64,000 nt of DNA from Epithemia pelagica (taxonomy: Eukaryota > Protista > Bacillariophyta). The position numbers and the translations under genes are program-made. The notes beneath the pieces were generated by a model, which ran no database searches, had not been told where the DNA came from, and saw only the letters and a list, made by a program, of their open reading frames with translations. Shown one piece after another: positions 24,501 to 32,058 of the stretch (within the stretch, counting starts at the first letter, position 1; each line of letters opens with the position of its first letter). The DNA is taken from assembly GCA_946965045.2 (NCBI GenBank), contig OX337237.1, positions 3,100,001 through 3,164,000 of the forward strand. The letters run 5' to 3'.

Positions 24501-24752
24501 TTGTGGTGGTTCGTGTTCGGTTGGTTGTGGTTCGGCTTGGAGGGGAGGCGTTTGCCATCCATCGTGTGGTGATTGTGGTGATTGTTGCGGTGGTTCCTCA
24601 GGTGGCAATTCCTCCTCCTCGTCTGCTTCGTCTTGCTCCATATCATCGTCATCGTCCTCATCCCATCCATCCGCCATGCGATCCTCGTCGTCATTGTCAT
24701 TGTCCTCGGGTGGTGGGGGTGGTGCCACACGACCCATTAAACTCGACCACAT
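15537..24752 (-). CDS. Giant protein (3071 aa): acidic disordered N-terminal half with repeated VVDHTP motifs, long coiled-coil C-terminal half (golgin/tether-like architecture)
   Basis: Uninterrupted 9.2-kb ATG ORF. Heptad-rich E/K/Q/L/S sequence runs from about residue 1690 to the C-terminus. No catalytic domain recognised. Confidence 0.8.
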   Translation of the reverse strand: MWSSLMGRVAPPPPPEDNDNDDEDRMADGWDEDDDDDMEQDEADEEEELPPEEPPQQSPQSPHDGWQTPPLQAEPQPTEHEPPQQDGAPLSGMFMGRLTRFLEHVTHSPTHHPNDDNNHDDGNGWDQEEEDLEELENDEGNNGWDQEDDVPLDDDNDNNDANGWDHEDELLLDDNDSDKEEQQLEEPPDHNPQEQPQPQQHPDTPNLEEEEAQGWNDKEDSEADLDLVVEPPHEPLVTTNPHDNHDDDDDDEEDDDGGNPALHSLVQQIAQPLNTLLTEIQELESPNNTNNTSNMESMPQQQQPPQQAHFTSRHDVEQPLADLDVVDFEQQQEQQHEYEYEQQPMDATPHTQASSAFFSAQDEHDNPNTHTAAGTPTNTQHSSSQYPTLYATYSSTRSLQQSSPHPSSDDLETDLEWHNQAVLAIQEEMQAMEEQQQQQQANDQAPHTTTTQRMVDHTPSLLQRGGTSGTTTLDDDDDPSMIPQVPPQDPELVQDGEEPPPHILHAGNNNNNNNTNDTDDDNVYDDENEQDFGLVVDHTPQFRTNTMAAQSHHPHTTSTPSSSQPSSSGRMPSTTMSMIVQAADLVRDLVADEAMDETVVDDDDDDEDANDQDIPKGSTPSLVVLPPPPTPVVDHTPAETRQYRPDDTNSNDDDDDMGLMMDPSIAVLPSEGDTMAGLEDLTTMADNETEDAGLLNALTDHLLSDTGVDYGPVVDHLPTVGDGPDKTSSPGEEEDANATATAVSLAVNAMDLKEDFQQDDAMDETVIDTVVAEQEDEESGNQETPPNDNIPDGWDDDEGNDEDDDDLDDDLTEPSSRRPIDLRPPMASITARPVVVDHTPSELASTTSSATAAAARTSGSRRRRKLLAASHLSLLVQASEEDMTRDTGEQDEDDDEDVYEDENELAYLPVVDHTPPNTTNNTNNNSSSHPPGTSTSSKAPSIYNSSVAAQAGTSAIDDATLFGDSTIAGVTTLDGTIDDGGATIDDGTMILDGDQSAELVGVPTTTNHDDDDDDSTIPKTDNVVSFKEETMVDHTPSEMGSPPLNARFDPSVAVMASIDENDSDGDGDFGYGPMVDHTPTTPAHDDARPTRSDSIIAQVNDADTVEDETLLGTLGGEEGDEDDGDTLVDDEMPSALRSSLTDHLHPALGGNTTSNDDSANVVDRVPLRPESRLGDASTLVAAEESEALSVVGDMEECGDFGLVVDQTPPARPLSIVPSGAGSTVVFAPPSVATDDLDPDETEVHGGQDGWDHEDPILEEAAPNPQSGNDEPPPNEQQLVDFLPPNNPPALVAAGADGGAGGGDGDDGDDDDRGGEQSTEASSEYAVGGAQSLLQAEDPKEDDFGPVVDHTPTPGATSSLPRGSVMSITSTVATLVTASEIGRLEKEDAAAEGERLAAGETTEDAGTEADEEKVVVDYVPNIRGFRNADSLATVGKSQFTEEDDEEEETDSKFGPVVDHLPFLRTSSISMAASRGGSTVDALGAVSEGDDSAGETDGWADDFDLDASAASDRTDRISQAAQSKGLFRRSSAGDTASSDRANVSVRFDSTVRDPTNSTSSSAVAMASMAASSSNDSTSFYDAPMSTRSNDEDDESHYYDAALTDRRPGASFAEADTPPSTPHHRPTITTKAPPMPSSNLVPTPWLDFAALNSIASKQQQQEVRSNDKSSTDGDCPLVEKLLNVDKQEGTMYGTIIAADGSSVEVDFGELLQNEMVKRRLLEQEASSLRKLYEEEQTAKSDELVNASRMVAELQHERSVVQANHASQIATLQGQLQEKSDVVDSLRAQTRELEATVDSLQQAETMAAKDKERDSSQTAVQLVQSQSEVAALKQELLELRNETTKSKEHADEATSAELSKLRLEKESSEATCQDLRNQLEECKRQLADSSALKNKLNSAEVMTADQTRQITDLQSQLDSQVSTCDVLRSETEQLNEKLRKAEKAATMAADETSNLKQMSNALQTEKTTLSQEVADLKDELVLARKHQGDEASESAEIIAKLRTDLASRTAASSELTTQLNQLKSDLSSQQDAVAAKASEDALARQQKEEKYQSQRIQLEKEIASFKQQLATEQDLRKKTQIRVQELTQELSSHAANLAKEKTVAVALVQSKLVQEEKSRSRLEGELSSTQKKLQESEAANHDRQQKDAEAISNLQNDLALKSTECDDVRKELASLGDRLKSAEEARSQDAAESKAQQSLRASQMECQQLQTQLIIMKEKLQSAIQRHSESSKKATELIKEKTELESKLASKETELVMAGDSVRGEIESMEASKREMGVELNRLRFEKDGLLAKLSEQEQAAQRELEQRDIMFQERLQKIRTLESTIREKDVQIKATNVDLSVKQISLTQAAEKANRELVAVQQERDSLQQQLVETEESLASLQRHVDENRDSESKQHHMESTMRKLGADLLAKEQRVVSLTASLASLEKQNAELSQQLAENATKFSSVQNDARVAGEAAAQESASLRQEIGDLRIQLEQTRTDMAEKLVHMESLERELSTAQSQLQVFESQSTSSNEAFERVMQEKQNMEASLSQALKDSDANYERLLQESKSVIATLRSDNETLRNQVHLSGDKIQAELNETRQELDQARNDRDMLTEENDKLLVQLGLLKEDMDASAENFARVERDLQKLESHTSLVASRVQGFPNDNSPDPVERAAVAIQTLLSRVDDLESQFIMSREKESAETTESLKSRCDHLERECLSKQAEIDCLMLMERNSQGMESQLDEMQSKLSRVDELVVEVQTLESENQRLLSRDKESQVKLESLEAHCHSLEQERLAKQEEIRRFMAMERQSELLQSQLQAMQSKLTQVDTVQSHLQTERDSRSAVESLEERCQVLERECLSKQAEIDRLMDMQLKSQAMQTQMEEMESKLSQLEHVEQELQPPPQQDTSRELQARCHELEQDCLAQQDEMNRLQNLLQQEGPSSKEQQAQIHALEQQVADLTKTLQNTQTALEVKVQELDKVPSTAVDANSTMTSPPPRTPLAPLQDRNGDDTKGMQEDLEPATPSHNNPSYEKDGVDELRNHIVSLALALQRSELQRADAMDNLTLERQAHADSLRSLAESVKRYFSSRS

Positions 24753-24771
24753 ACTGCTGGTCTATACTATG

Positions 24772-24824
24772 GAGAGAGAGAGAGAGAGAGAGGACGAGAT
24801 TCGAGAGAGAGAGAGAGAGAGAGA
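24772..24824. repeat. Interrupted (GA)n tract just upstream of the giant-protein start
   Basis: GAGAGA runs seen directly. Similar GA/CT tracts lie near other gene ends (33441-33455, 33591-33613, 38134-38160). Confidence 0.85.
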
Positions 24825-25311
24825 ATGCTGGTCGTACTACCAAAGAGGACGAGAGGAACGGAAGCGAATCGAATCGTAAACTGTCCAACCGACTGACGAG
24901 CGTGTGATGGTGTGAGACTCCCAAAGCAGACGTGGGGTGTCTTCTTTGCCAACGGAGAGAGAGAAAGAGAGGCCACCCTGTCGTCGTGTGTCTTGCAGCA
25001 CGATCGTGTGTATCCAAGAGAGACAAACAAAGCACCCAAACAAAAGGTGCGCCGCCGCCATGGACATGTGAGAGTGCGTGACCGTTGCGCAGCCCGACAC
25101 GTACGGACACGTCGGTAAAGTGTATCCAGACAGCCATTTTATTCTGTCTGTTTCTGTCAGTATAAGAGCGACGGATGATCCCGACAACGACGAACATGTC
25201 GGTGAAGCTTCTACAGACAACCTGTGTTATGTCGGTTTTAGTCCGTTGAAGAACGACCCGGATGTTGAGATCGGAACACGACAAAACGACATTTCCCACA
25301 CTGAATGGAAG

Positions 25312-25629
25312 TGTTGAAAAAGGAGACGAAGAAGGACCAACAAAGGGAACGGTCTTGCCGTCAACCCTCAATGATGAACGAAATCCCAATGACAATCCCA
25401 AGCAGAAAGAAAACAGTAACGTACTGAGTGGCCCAGATAAGAAAGTGTCATGCCCAGATAAGAAGGTGTCATGGACGAAACCGTCCTACGCGGAGATCGT
25501 CAAACGATCTCATTCTATTGAGTTAAAACGTAACGAGAGTAATAGCAAGTGATTTCTAAAGGAAACACAGCGCACCTCCGTAGAAGAGCACCGGATCGTT
25601 GAAGACGAACCTCAGCCCTCCTTCCAACA
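25312..25629 (+). repeat. Copia 5' LTR
   Basis: TG...CA termini; matches 31730-32047. Confidence 0.97.
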
Positions 25630-25643
25630 TTAACTCAATAGAA
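25630..25643 (+). promoter_or_regulatory. Primer-binding-site position, complementary to LTR 25513-25526 (candidate self-priming site)
   Basis: TTAACTCAATAGAA directly after the LTR is the exact reverse complement of TTCTATTGAGTTAA inside the LTR. There is no TGG tRNA-type PBS. Confidence 0.75.
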
Positions 25644-25666
25644 AAGACTATCCTGAAACATCCTGC

Positions 25667-26239
25667 ATGGAACGAGACAAAGTATTCCGAGTCCTATACG
25701 CCAAGCAAGTCATCGAATCCCTACACCGTCAGCGTGCCCGGATCCACCAAGATCGGTCTCGGATTCTCACCCAATACCACAACGAATTGGAAGCGAACAG
25801 AGAAGCGCAAGTGCGAAACGAAGAACGTCTTGGCGCCGCGTATCAAACGCTTGAAAACGCCATTGACGACGAGGACGACGGATTGACTAGTGAGTCGAGT
25901 AGACGAAGCACTCCTCACCGAGCCACAAGCGCAACAGTCTCTACCGACGACTATTTCAAGGGTCCCGACGCAGGCGACAACCAAGTTGCTCGTGCTCGTG
26001 CGGAATACCAGTACCCTTCCGCAGTAACCTCCTCCACTGCCGTGGCAGCCCCCGCGAGCACACAAGGTGAATCTGAAGCGAAGAGCGAACCAAGAGAAGA
26101 ACAGGGAGACAGCAGCGTCGAAGTCGTTGCCAGTCCCAATAAGGACAAAAGTAACCGAGCCCGGAAGGCAGAACCAGACGCTAAGCCCCCAGCCAAAGTA
26201 ACAGAGAAGCGCTCGAAGAAGAAGCGACGCACCAGGTAA
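25667..26239 (+). CDS. Copia accessory ORF1 (190 aa): N-terminal coiled coil, basic NLS-like C-terminus (KRSKKKRRTR)
   Basis: ATG ORF inside the element, 37 nt after the 5' LTR. Function unknown. Confidence 0.6.
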   Translation: MERDKVFRVLYAKQVIESLHRQRARIHQDRSRILTQYHNELEANREAQVRNEERLGAAYQTLENAIDDEDDGLTSESSRRSTPHRATSATVSTDDYFKGPDAGDNQVARARAEYQYPSAVTSSTAVAAPASTQGESEAKSEPREEQGDSSVEVVASPNKDKSNRARKAEPDAKPPAKVTEKRSKKKRRTR

Positions 26240-26299
26240 TCGATTACATAGGCACTCCCTGAACCCCCACGCGTCATTGCATTGTTTCCCTGACGCTTT

Positions 26300-26845
26300 A
26301 TGGCTGCACAAGACGACGACATTGAAGACATCCTTTTCCGTCTCCAAGAGCTAGCCGCTGAGCAAGTAGTGCTCCTTGATCGTCTGTCTTCCCTTCGAGA
26401 GGTGGAGAGACTCGCATCACCGACCGCGCCAAACGCGACGAACCAAGAACCTCAACACCAAGAAGAGACAGCAGAGGATTCTCGTGCTGACCGCACACAA
26501 GGAAGACTTAGTCCACACCACCCACGGGCAGATCAGAGTCTTTGGGGTCGGAATATCAGTGTGCGGCGTTTTAACCCAGGCGACGCTGTTGAGATACTCA
26601 ACCCGGTACCACCAGAGGTCGAAGGAGGAGTGTCCACCCGAAGGGATCACACGGGTGTGACTTACAAGACAGCGGGAAACTGGGTCTACATTTACACCGA
26701 CACCGGTAGACACATACAACGAGACAGGAAGAACGTTGCATTATTGACGAGGGCCCGTGATGAGTACATCACCTCAATCGCAGGCGCCCCCCTCAGAAGG
26801 AGCGACCTCGAACGGTGGCAGTACCACGAGCGGGCAATCGTCTAG
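26300..26845 (+). CDS. Copia accessory ORF2 (181 aa): leucine-rich helix plus KOW/SH3-like beta-barrel
   Basis: ATG ORF. The C-terminal FNPGDAVEILN...GVTYKTAGNWVYIYTDTGRHIQRDRKNV has a KOW/SH3-like pattern (inference). It overlaps the gag start by 86 nt. Confidence 0.6.
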   Translation: MAAQDDDIEDILFRLQELAAEQVVLLDRLSSLREVERLASPTAPNATNQEPQHQEETAEDSRADRTQGRLSPHHPRADQSLWGRNISVRRFNPGDAVEILNPVPPEVEGGVSTRRDHTGVTYKTAGNWVYIYTDTGRHIQRDRKNVALLTRARDEYITSIAGAPLRRSDLERWQYHERAIV

Positions 26846-29800
26846 TGGTGGTAACGGTAACCGGCGGGGTGGACGCAACGGCCGCGGTGGTCGAGGACGC
26901 CGCAATAACAACGGTGGAAGTGGTGGCACAAGAGGTCAGGGCAAGGCAAAGTTTAAAGGCGACACGTCTGCAATGAATGGACACGTTTTCCAAGTATTCG
27001 CTGAATGCGACGACAAGCGACAGTTCGCGAAGACGATTGAGGCCCTCGGCGCGTATATAGCGAAGGAGTTGAAGTACCCTGACGACCTGGTCACCCTCAC
27101 TCGCGATCTCGAGAACCCAACGATTGAGGAACCCACGGAACCCCCTGAAGATGAGACGAGTCGAGTCCGCATTGCCATGTTCGAAAAGGAATGTCAACTC
27201 TGTGTAACTCGTCAACACGAGCTCAATGGCAACCTTCGTGCCATTTTTGCAGTAATCTGGGGCCAGTGTTCGGAAGCAATGAAGGCCAAGTTACAGGGTC
27301 TGGACGAGTTCAAGGAGCGTGAGCGACGCAATGACTGTGCCTGGCTCCTCAAGGAGATCAAAGGCATTCGTCACCGTTTCGAAGAGAAACGCTACTACCC
27401 TTTGTCGCTGCGTGATGCGCTGGCAAATTTCTATAGCTACCGACAGGGTCCAGGAGAGTCCCTTTCCGATTACTTACAACATTTTCGCTATAACGTTGAT
27501 GTTCTTGAGCATTACGGCGGCCAGGTTGGCGCCGATCCCGGCCTCCTCACCATGGTGGAAGAAGAGGACGATGAGTTAACCGGTGAACTCGAATTTGCAC
27601 GTGCGGCCAAGGATAGACTCCTTGCAATCCAGTTTTTACACAATGCCGACGGAAAGCGTTTCGGTGGGCTCCTCGTTGATCTCGAGAACCAACATAGTCG
27701 TAACACGGATCAATATCCCAGGGATTTGGCCAGTGCATACTCCCTCCTGGTCAGTTATCGGCCACCCAAGGTACCCACTCCTTCCCAGCCTGCCTCGGAG
27801 AACGCCTCCTCCTCATCCGGAGCGTCTTCGGGAGCACCTGCCACCAGCGATGGCCTCCAGTTCGTCCAGAATGGGCTTCCTGTTCCTGGCACCGACGGTA
27901 TTTTGCACGAAAACGTGAAGTGTTATCGTTGCAAGGGCTTCGGCCATTATGCCAATGGCTGTCCAGTTTCCCCCGACGAGCTCCAGTTGCTCCAGTCCAC
28001 GACCTCGTCCGGTTTCAGTTTTGCACAAGCTGCCGTCTCCCTTCCGAAGTCTTGGGTGCTCTTGGACAGCCAGTCTACCGTTTCTGTTTTTTGTAATCGG
28101 TCTCTCCTCATGAACATTCGCCCCAGCGCTAACGCCATGACAGTCCACACCAACGGTGGCTCACAAACCTCCCATCTCGTCGGCGATGTCCCCAATTTCG
28201 GCACCGTCTGGTTCAATCCGGATTCTATTGCCAACATCTTGTCGCTCGCCGCCGTTCGTCGCGTGTGTCGTGTCACCATGGACTCCGCTGGTGACGCGTC
28301 TTTCCTCGTCCATCGTACCGACAAGCCGCCCCTGGTGTTCCACGAGGTCAACAGTGGCCTTTACGTTCACGATACCGCCGCTCCATCGGCCGTGCCCCTC
28401 ACCTTTGTGTCCACCGTCTCGGCCAACGCCGCTTCTTTCTCCCCCCGCGAGGTCGAAGGAGCGCAACAAGCCCGACGCCTATATCGTCTACTTGGTCGAC
28501 CTTCGCAGCGCGATTTCGAAAGCGCCCTCAAGAACAACCTCATCCGCAACTCCCCCGTCACCTCCGACGACGCCAAGCGCGCCCTTATCATCTACGGGCC
28601 GGACGTTGCAGCCCTCAAAGGCAAAACAACGAAGCGCAAATCCACTCACGTTCCCAGCATAACCCCGACTCCGGTTTCCCCCTCCATCAAAGACGCCCAC
28701 GGACAACTCACTTTGTGTGCCGACGTACTCTTCGTACAAGGCCTTCCTTTCCTTCATACCATTGCTCGCCACATTAAATTTCGCACAATTACTGCCATGA
28801 ACACCAGTGGGAACCCCAGCGCATCACACATCATGAACGACCTACAGGGAATCCTGCAGATGTACCGGACACGTGGTTTCGTCGTCAGCGACCTACACGC
28901 CGACCTACAATTCGAACCGCTCAGGAATCGTCTCCTTCCTATCCATCTCAACGTGGCTGCGCAAGACGATCACGTGGGCGACGTAGAACGATCCGTGCGA
29001 ACAATCAAGGAGCGTGTGCGCTCCACAGTTCACGGACTCCCGTATAGGTGGTACCCAGTCATTATGGTCAAGGAACTCGTGATACATGCGATCAAGTCGC
29101 TTAACCAGCTTCCCAGTGCATTCGGCGGTATCAGTCCCACGGAAAGTCCACGCAAGATTGTGACCGGTCTGCCTGACCCGGACTATTCGAAAATGAAGAT
29201 CGAGTTTGGACAGTACGCCCAGGTGTTTGAAGACAACACACCGAGTAACACGAACGCCGCCCGAACGACCGGTGCCATCGCGTTGAACCCGACTGGAAAC
29301 GAACAAGGAAGCTACCATTTCATGTCCCTCACCACTGGGAGAAAATTGGCACGAAACCAGTGGACACCACTGCCCATCACGTCCGACGTTATCGAGCGCG
29401 TGCACCAGATGGCCCAAGCCCAACGACAGAAGGAAATAACAGGTGGAAACCTACTTTTTGAATGGGGCCCAAATGACGAGGTCCCCGATGACGACGCCGA
29501 CGTCGAGGATACCGACGACGGCGACATTGGGACACAACAAGAAGACGCGCCGGCAGACGAGGCAGTGGTACATGAGCCCCCAGCACCACCAAACGACGTG
29601 CAACAACAAGATGAAGACGTACATGACGATCACCAACCACCGGAACAAAACGATCAAGACGCATTAGTGGCAGAGGTGGCGGAAGTGAGCGAGAGTGAAG
29701 AGGGAGCCAGCGACAACGCTGACGAAACCATGGAGATAGTACTCGAAGAAGAAGCCGACAATGACAGCGAACCCCTGTTCCCGCAAGAAAATGCAGACAC

Positions 29801-31970
29801 GCAAGAAGAAGGAGCGCAAGAGCCAGGAGCGCAGGAAGACTCTGCCACGCAAGAAAACAACGCGGGTGTCTACAACCTGCGTGCGGACCGCGAGAGGTCC
29901 TATGAGCACAGGTACGACCATCAATACCTGCATTTTGCGCTAGCACAAGTTGCAGCCCGCTTCTTGCCCGAAGCAACAATGAAGGAAATCAACAAAAACA
30001 ACGCGTGGGATTTGGCGACGAGCAAGTACATTCAGCCAAACCGCCCCAGCATCGCGAATGCCACACAAAAAATACAGCGCGAGGTCATGCTGACCCAAAT
30101 GAGTGCCGCTGCGGGCATCAAAAGGTACGGACAACCAGCCATCGACGCGCTCCTCAAGGAATTTCTGCAGTTGGACGAACAAGCAGTCTTCGATCCCAAA
30201 CATGCACATGAGCTGACAAGAGAACAGAAGCGCGAGGCGCTTCGTTCTGTAAACCTCATCAAAGAGAAAAGATGTGGAAAGATCAAGGGGCGCAGCTGTG
30301 CCGACGGACGCCCACAACGCGACAAATATGACAAAGGCTCAATCGCGTCTCCGGCATTGTCTAGCGACGGACTAATGTTCACACTCATGATAGACGCCAT
30401 CGAGCGTCGGGACGTCGCAACAGCCGACATCGCGGGAGCCTATTTGAAGGCACTCATGCCTGACTTTGTTCTGATGAAGCTAGAGGGACCTGTGGTCGAT
30501 GTTTTTTGCAAGATGAACGAGGGGTATAAGCAGTACGTTACTTTTGAGAACGGAAAGAAGGTGATCTACGTGAGACTAAACAAGGCGTTATACGGCTGTG
30601 TTCGGTCAGCACTGCTGTGGTATGAGATGCTCCTTGGCGCACTGAAAGAAATGGGTTTTGAAGTTAACCCCTACGAACAGTGCGTAGCCAACGCCATGAT
30701 CAACGGAACACAAGCAACCATTGCGTGGTACGTGGATGATTTGAAGATATCACACGTACAAAGCGAGGTCGTGACGGACATCATCAAGGAATTGGAACGT
30801 CGGTTTGAAAAAATGACGGTAACACGTGGAAACGAACACACGTACCTAGGCATGAACATCGCATTCAAGGGTGACGGAACAGTCGAATTAAAAATGGAAC
30901 AGTACATCGATGAGGCAATCGCGGCTTTCGACGAACCAATCACCAACACGGCACCAACTCCAGCCAAGAAGGATCTTTTTGAGGTCAATCATACGGCTAT
31001 GAAACTGCCAAAAGAGAAGGCCGATATGTTTCACAGCATCACGGCGAAACTCCTGTATATGTCAACACGCGCACGATCAGATATCCAGACAGCCATTGCT
31101 TTCCTCACCACACGTGTGAGCACATGCACCGAGCAGGACCGCATGAAGCTCAAGCGCGTCCTTGAATACTTACATGGAACAAGAGACCTCACCTACATCC
31201 TCGCCGCCGACGACGTCCGGAACTTAGTGACCTGGGTCGACGCATCGTACGCGATCCACTCCGATATGAAAAGCCACACGGGTGGTGTCATGTCACTCGG
31301 ACGAGGAGCACTGGTGACGAAGTCTCGAAAACAAAAGCTTAATACTAAAAGCTCCACCGAGGCAGAAGTTGTTGGTGCGAGTGACTACCTACCCAACACC
31401 ATATGGGCTAAACGCTTCTTAGCCGAACAAGGTTATGACGTCAAAAGCACTTTCGCGCAAGATAATCAGAGCGCAATCCGACTTGAGAAAAATGGACTGC
31501 GGTCCGCCGGGAAGCAATCCCGGCACATTGACATACGCTTCTTCTTCATCAAGGATCGTGTCGAACAAGAGAATATTGAAATCCTTTACTGTCCAACGGA
31601 ACAAATGTTGGCCGACTTTTATACCAAACCATTACAAGGAGCCCTGTTTCGAAAGTTTCGTGACGTACTTCTGGGCCATAAGCACATCAACACACTAAAG
31701 GACAAGACCGCTCCTATGTTGGAGGAGCGTGTTGAAAAAGGAGACGAAGAAGGACCAACAAAGGGAACGGTCTTGCCGTCAACCCTCAATGATGAACGAA
31801 ATCCCAATGACAATCCCAAGCAGAAAGAAAACAGTAACGTACTGAGTGGCCCAGATAAGAAAGTGTCATGCCCAGATAAGAAGGTGTCATGGACGAAACC
31901 GTCCTACGCGGAGATCGTCAAACGATCTCATTCTATTGAGTTAAAACGTAACGAGAGTAATAGCAAGTGA
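26760..31970 (+). CDS. Copia Gag-Pol polyprotein (single ORF)
   Basis: Zinc knuckle CYRCKGFGHYANGC; protease WVLLDSQSTVS; integrase (LCADVLF..., HVGDVERSVRTIKERVR); RT (ADIAGAYL, YVDDLKIS); RNase H (WVDASYA, STEAE, QDNQSAI). First ATG at 26760. Confidence 0.96.
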   Translation: MSTSPQSQAPPSEGATSNGGSTTSGQSSSGGNGNRRGGRNGRGGRGRRNNNGGSGGTRGQGKAKFKGDTSAMNGHVFQVFAECDDKRQFAKTIEALGAYIAKELKYPDDLVTLTRDLENPTIEEPTEPPEDETSRVRIAMFEKECQLCVTRQHELNGNLRAIFAVIWGQCSEAMKAKLQGLDEFKERERRNDCAWLLKEIKGIRHRFEEKRYYPLSLRDALANFYSYRQGPGESLSDYLQHFRYNVDVLEHYGGQVGADPGLLTMVEEEDDELTGELEFARAAKDRLLAIQFLHNADGKRFGGLLVDLENQHSRNTDQYPRDLASAYSLLVSYRPPKVPTPSQPASENASSSSGASSGAPATSDGLQFVQNGLPVPGTDGILHENVKCYRCKGFGHYANGCPVSPDELQLLQSTTSSGFSFAQAAVSLPKSWVLLDSQSTVSVFCNRSLLMNIRPSANAMTVHTNGGSQTSHLVGDVPNFGTVWFNPDSIANILSLAAVRRVCRVTMDSAGDASFLVHRTDKPPLVFHEVNSGLYVHDTAAPSAVPLTFVSTVSANAASFSPREVEGAQQARRLYRLLGRPSQRDFESALKNNLIRNSPVTSDDAKRALIIYGPDVAALKGKTTKRKSTHVPSITPTPVSPSIKDAHGQLTLCADVLFVQGLPFLHTIARHIKFRTITAMNTSGNPSASHIMNDLQGILQMYRTRGFVVSDLHADLQFEPLRNRLLPIHLNVAAQDDHVGDVERSVRTIKERVRSTVHGLPYRWYPVIMVKELVIHAIKSLNQLPSAFGGISPTESPRKIVTGLPDPDYSKMKIEFGQYAQVFEDNTPSNTNAARTTGAIALNPTGNEQGSYHFMSLTTGRKLARNQWTPLPITSDVIERVHQMAQAQRQKEITGGNLLFEWGPNDEVPDDDADVEDTDDGDIGTQQEDAPADEAVVHEPPAPPNDVQQQDEDVHDDHQPPEQNDQDALVAEVAEVSESEEGASDNADETMEIVLEEEADNDSEPLFPQENADTQEEGAQEPGAQEDSATQENNAGVYNLRADRERSYEHRYDHQYLHFALAQVAARFLPEATMKEINKNNAWDLATSKYIQPNRPSIANATQKIQREVMLTQMSAAAGIKRYGQPAIDALLKEFLQLDEQAVFDPKHAHELTREQKREALRSVNLIKEKRCGKIKGRSCADGRPQRDKYDKGSIASPALSSDGLMFTLMIDAIERRDVATADIAGAYLKALMPDFVLMKLEGPVVDVFCKMNEGYKQYVTFENGKKVIYVRLNKALYGCVRSALLWYEMLLGALKEMGFEVNPYEQCVANAMINGTQATIAWYVDDLKISHVQSEVVTDIIKELERRFEKMTVTRGNEHTYLGMNIAFKGDGTVELKMEQYIDEAIAAFDEPITNTAPTPAKKDLFEVNHTAMKLPKEKADMFHSITAKLLYMSTRARSDIQTAIAFLTTRVSTCTEQDRMKLKRVLEYLHGTRDLTYILAADDVRNLVTWVDASYAIHSDMKSHTGGVMSLGRGALVTKSRKQKLNTKSSTEAEVVGASDYLPNTIWAKRFLAEQGYDVKSTFAQDNQSAIRLEKNGLRSAGKQSRHIDIRFFFIKDRVEQENIEILYCPTEQMLADFYTKPLQGALFRKFRDVLLGHKHINTLKDKTAPMLEERVEKGDEEGPTKGTVLPSTLNDERNPNDNPKQKENSNVLSGPDKKVSCPDKKVSWTKPSYAEIVKRSHSIELKRNESNSK
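31721..31729 (+). promoter_or_regulatory. Short polypurine tract before the 3' LTR
   Basis: GGAGGAGCG abuts the 3' LTR start. Confidence 0.6.
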
Positions 31971-32047
31971 TTTCTAAAGGAAACACAGCGCACCTCCGTA
32001 GAAGAGCACCGGATCGTTGAAGACGAACCTCAGCCCTCCTTCCAACA
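31730..32047 (+). repeat. Copia 3' LTR
   Basis: Copy of 25312-25629; the pol ORF reads 241 nt into it. Confidence 0.97.
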
Positions 32048-32058
32048 GGAAGAAGACC

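Larger units (their letters stand above)
25312..32047 (+). mobile_element. Full-length Ty1/copia LTR retrotransposon (CoDi-like), 6736 bp, very recent insertion
   Basis: 318-bp LTRs TGTTG...CAACA at 25312-25629 and 31730-32047, with no difference found by eye. 5-bp TSD GGAAG (25307-25311, 32048-32052). Intact gag-pol in copia domain order PR-INT-RT-RH. Confidence 0.97.

Noticed and set aside
25058-25311. Possible older solo LTR or insertion left of the copia (TGTGAGAG start; CCATG at 25058 and 32057)
   Set aside because: No matching TG...CA ends with a consistent TSD and no terminal inverted repeats; a 5-bp match is expected by chance.
25630-25650. Conventional tRNA primer-binding site, including a match to the nearby tRNA-Arg(CCG)
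   Set aside because: No TGG start and no complementarity to the 3' end of that tRNA; the sequence instead pairs with the LTR.
26236-26312. Apparent 77-nt intron (AG|GTAATC...CTGAC...AAG) that would fuse copia ORF1 to ORF2
   Set aside because: The join is out of frame with ORF2 and hits a stop after three codons; no in-frame acceptor to gag was found either.
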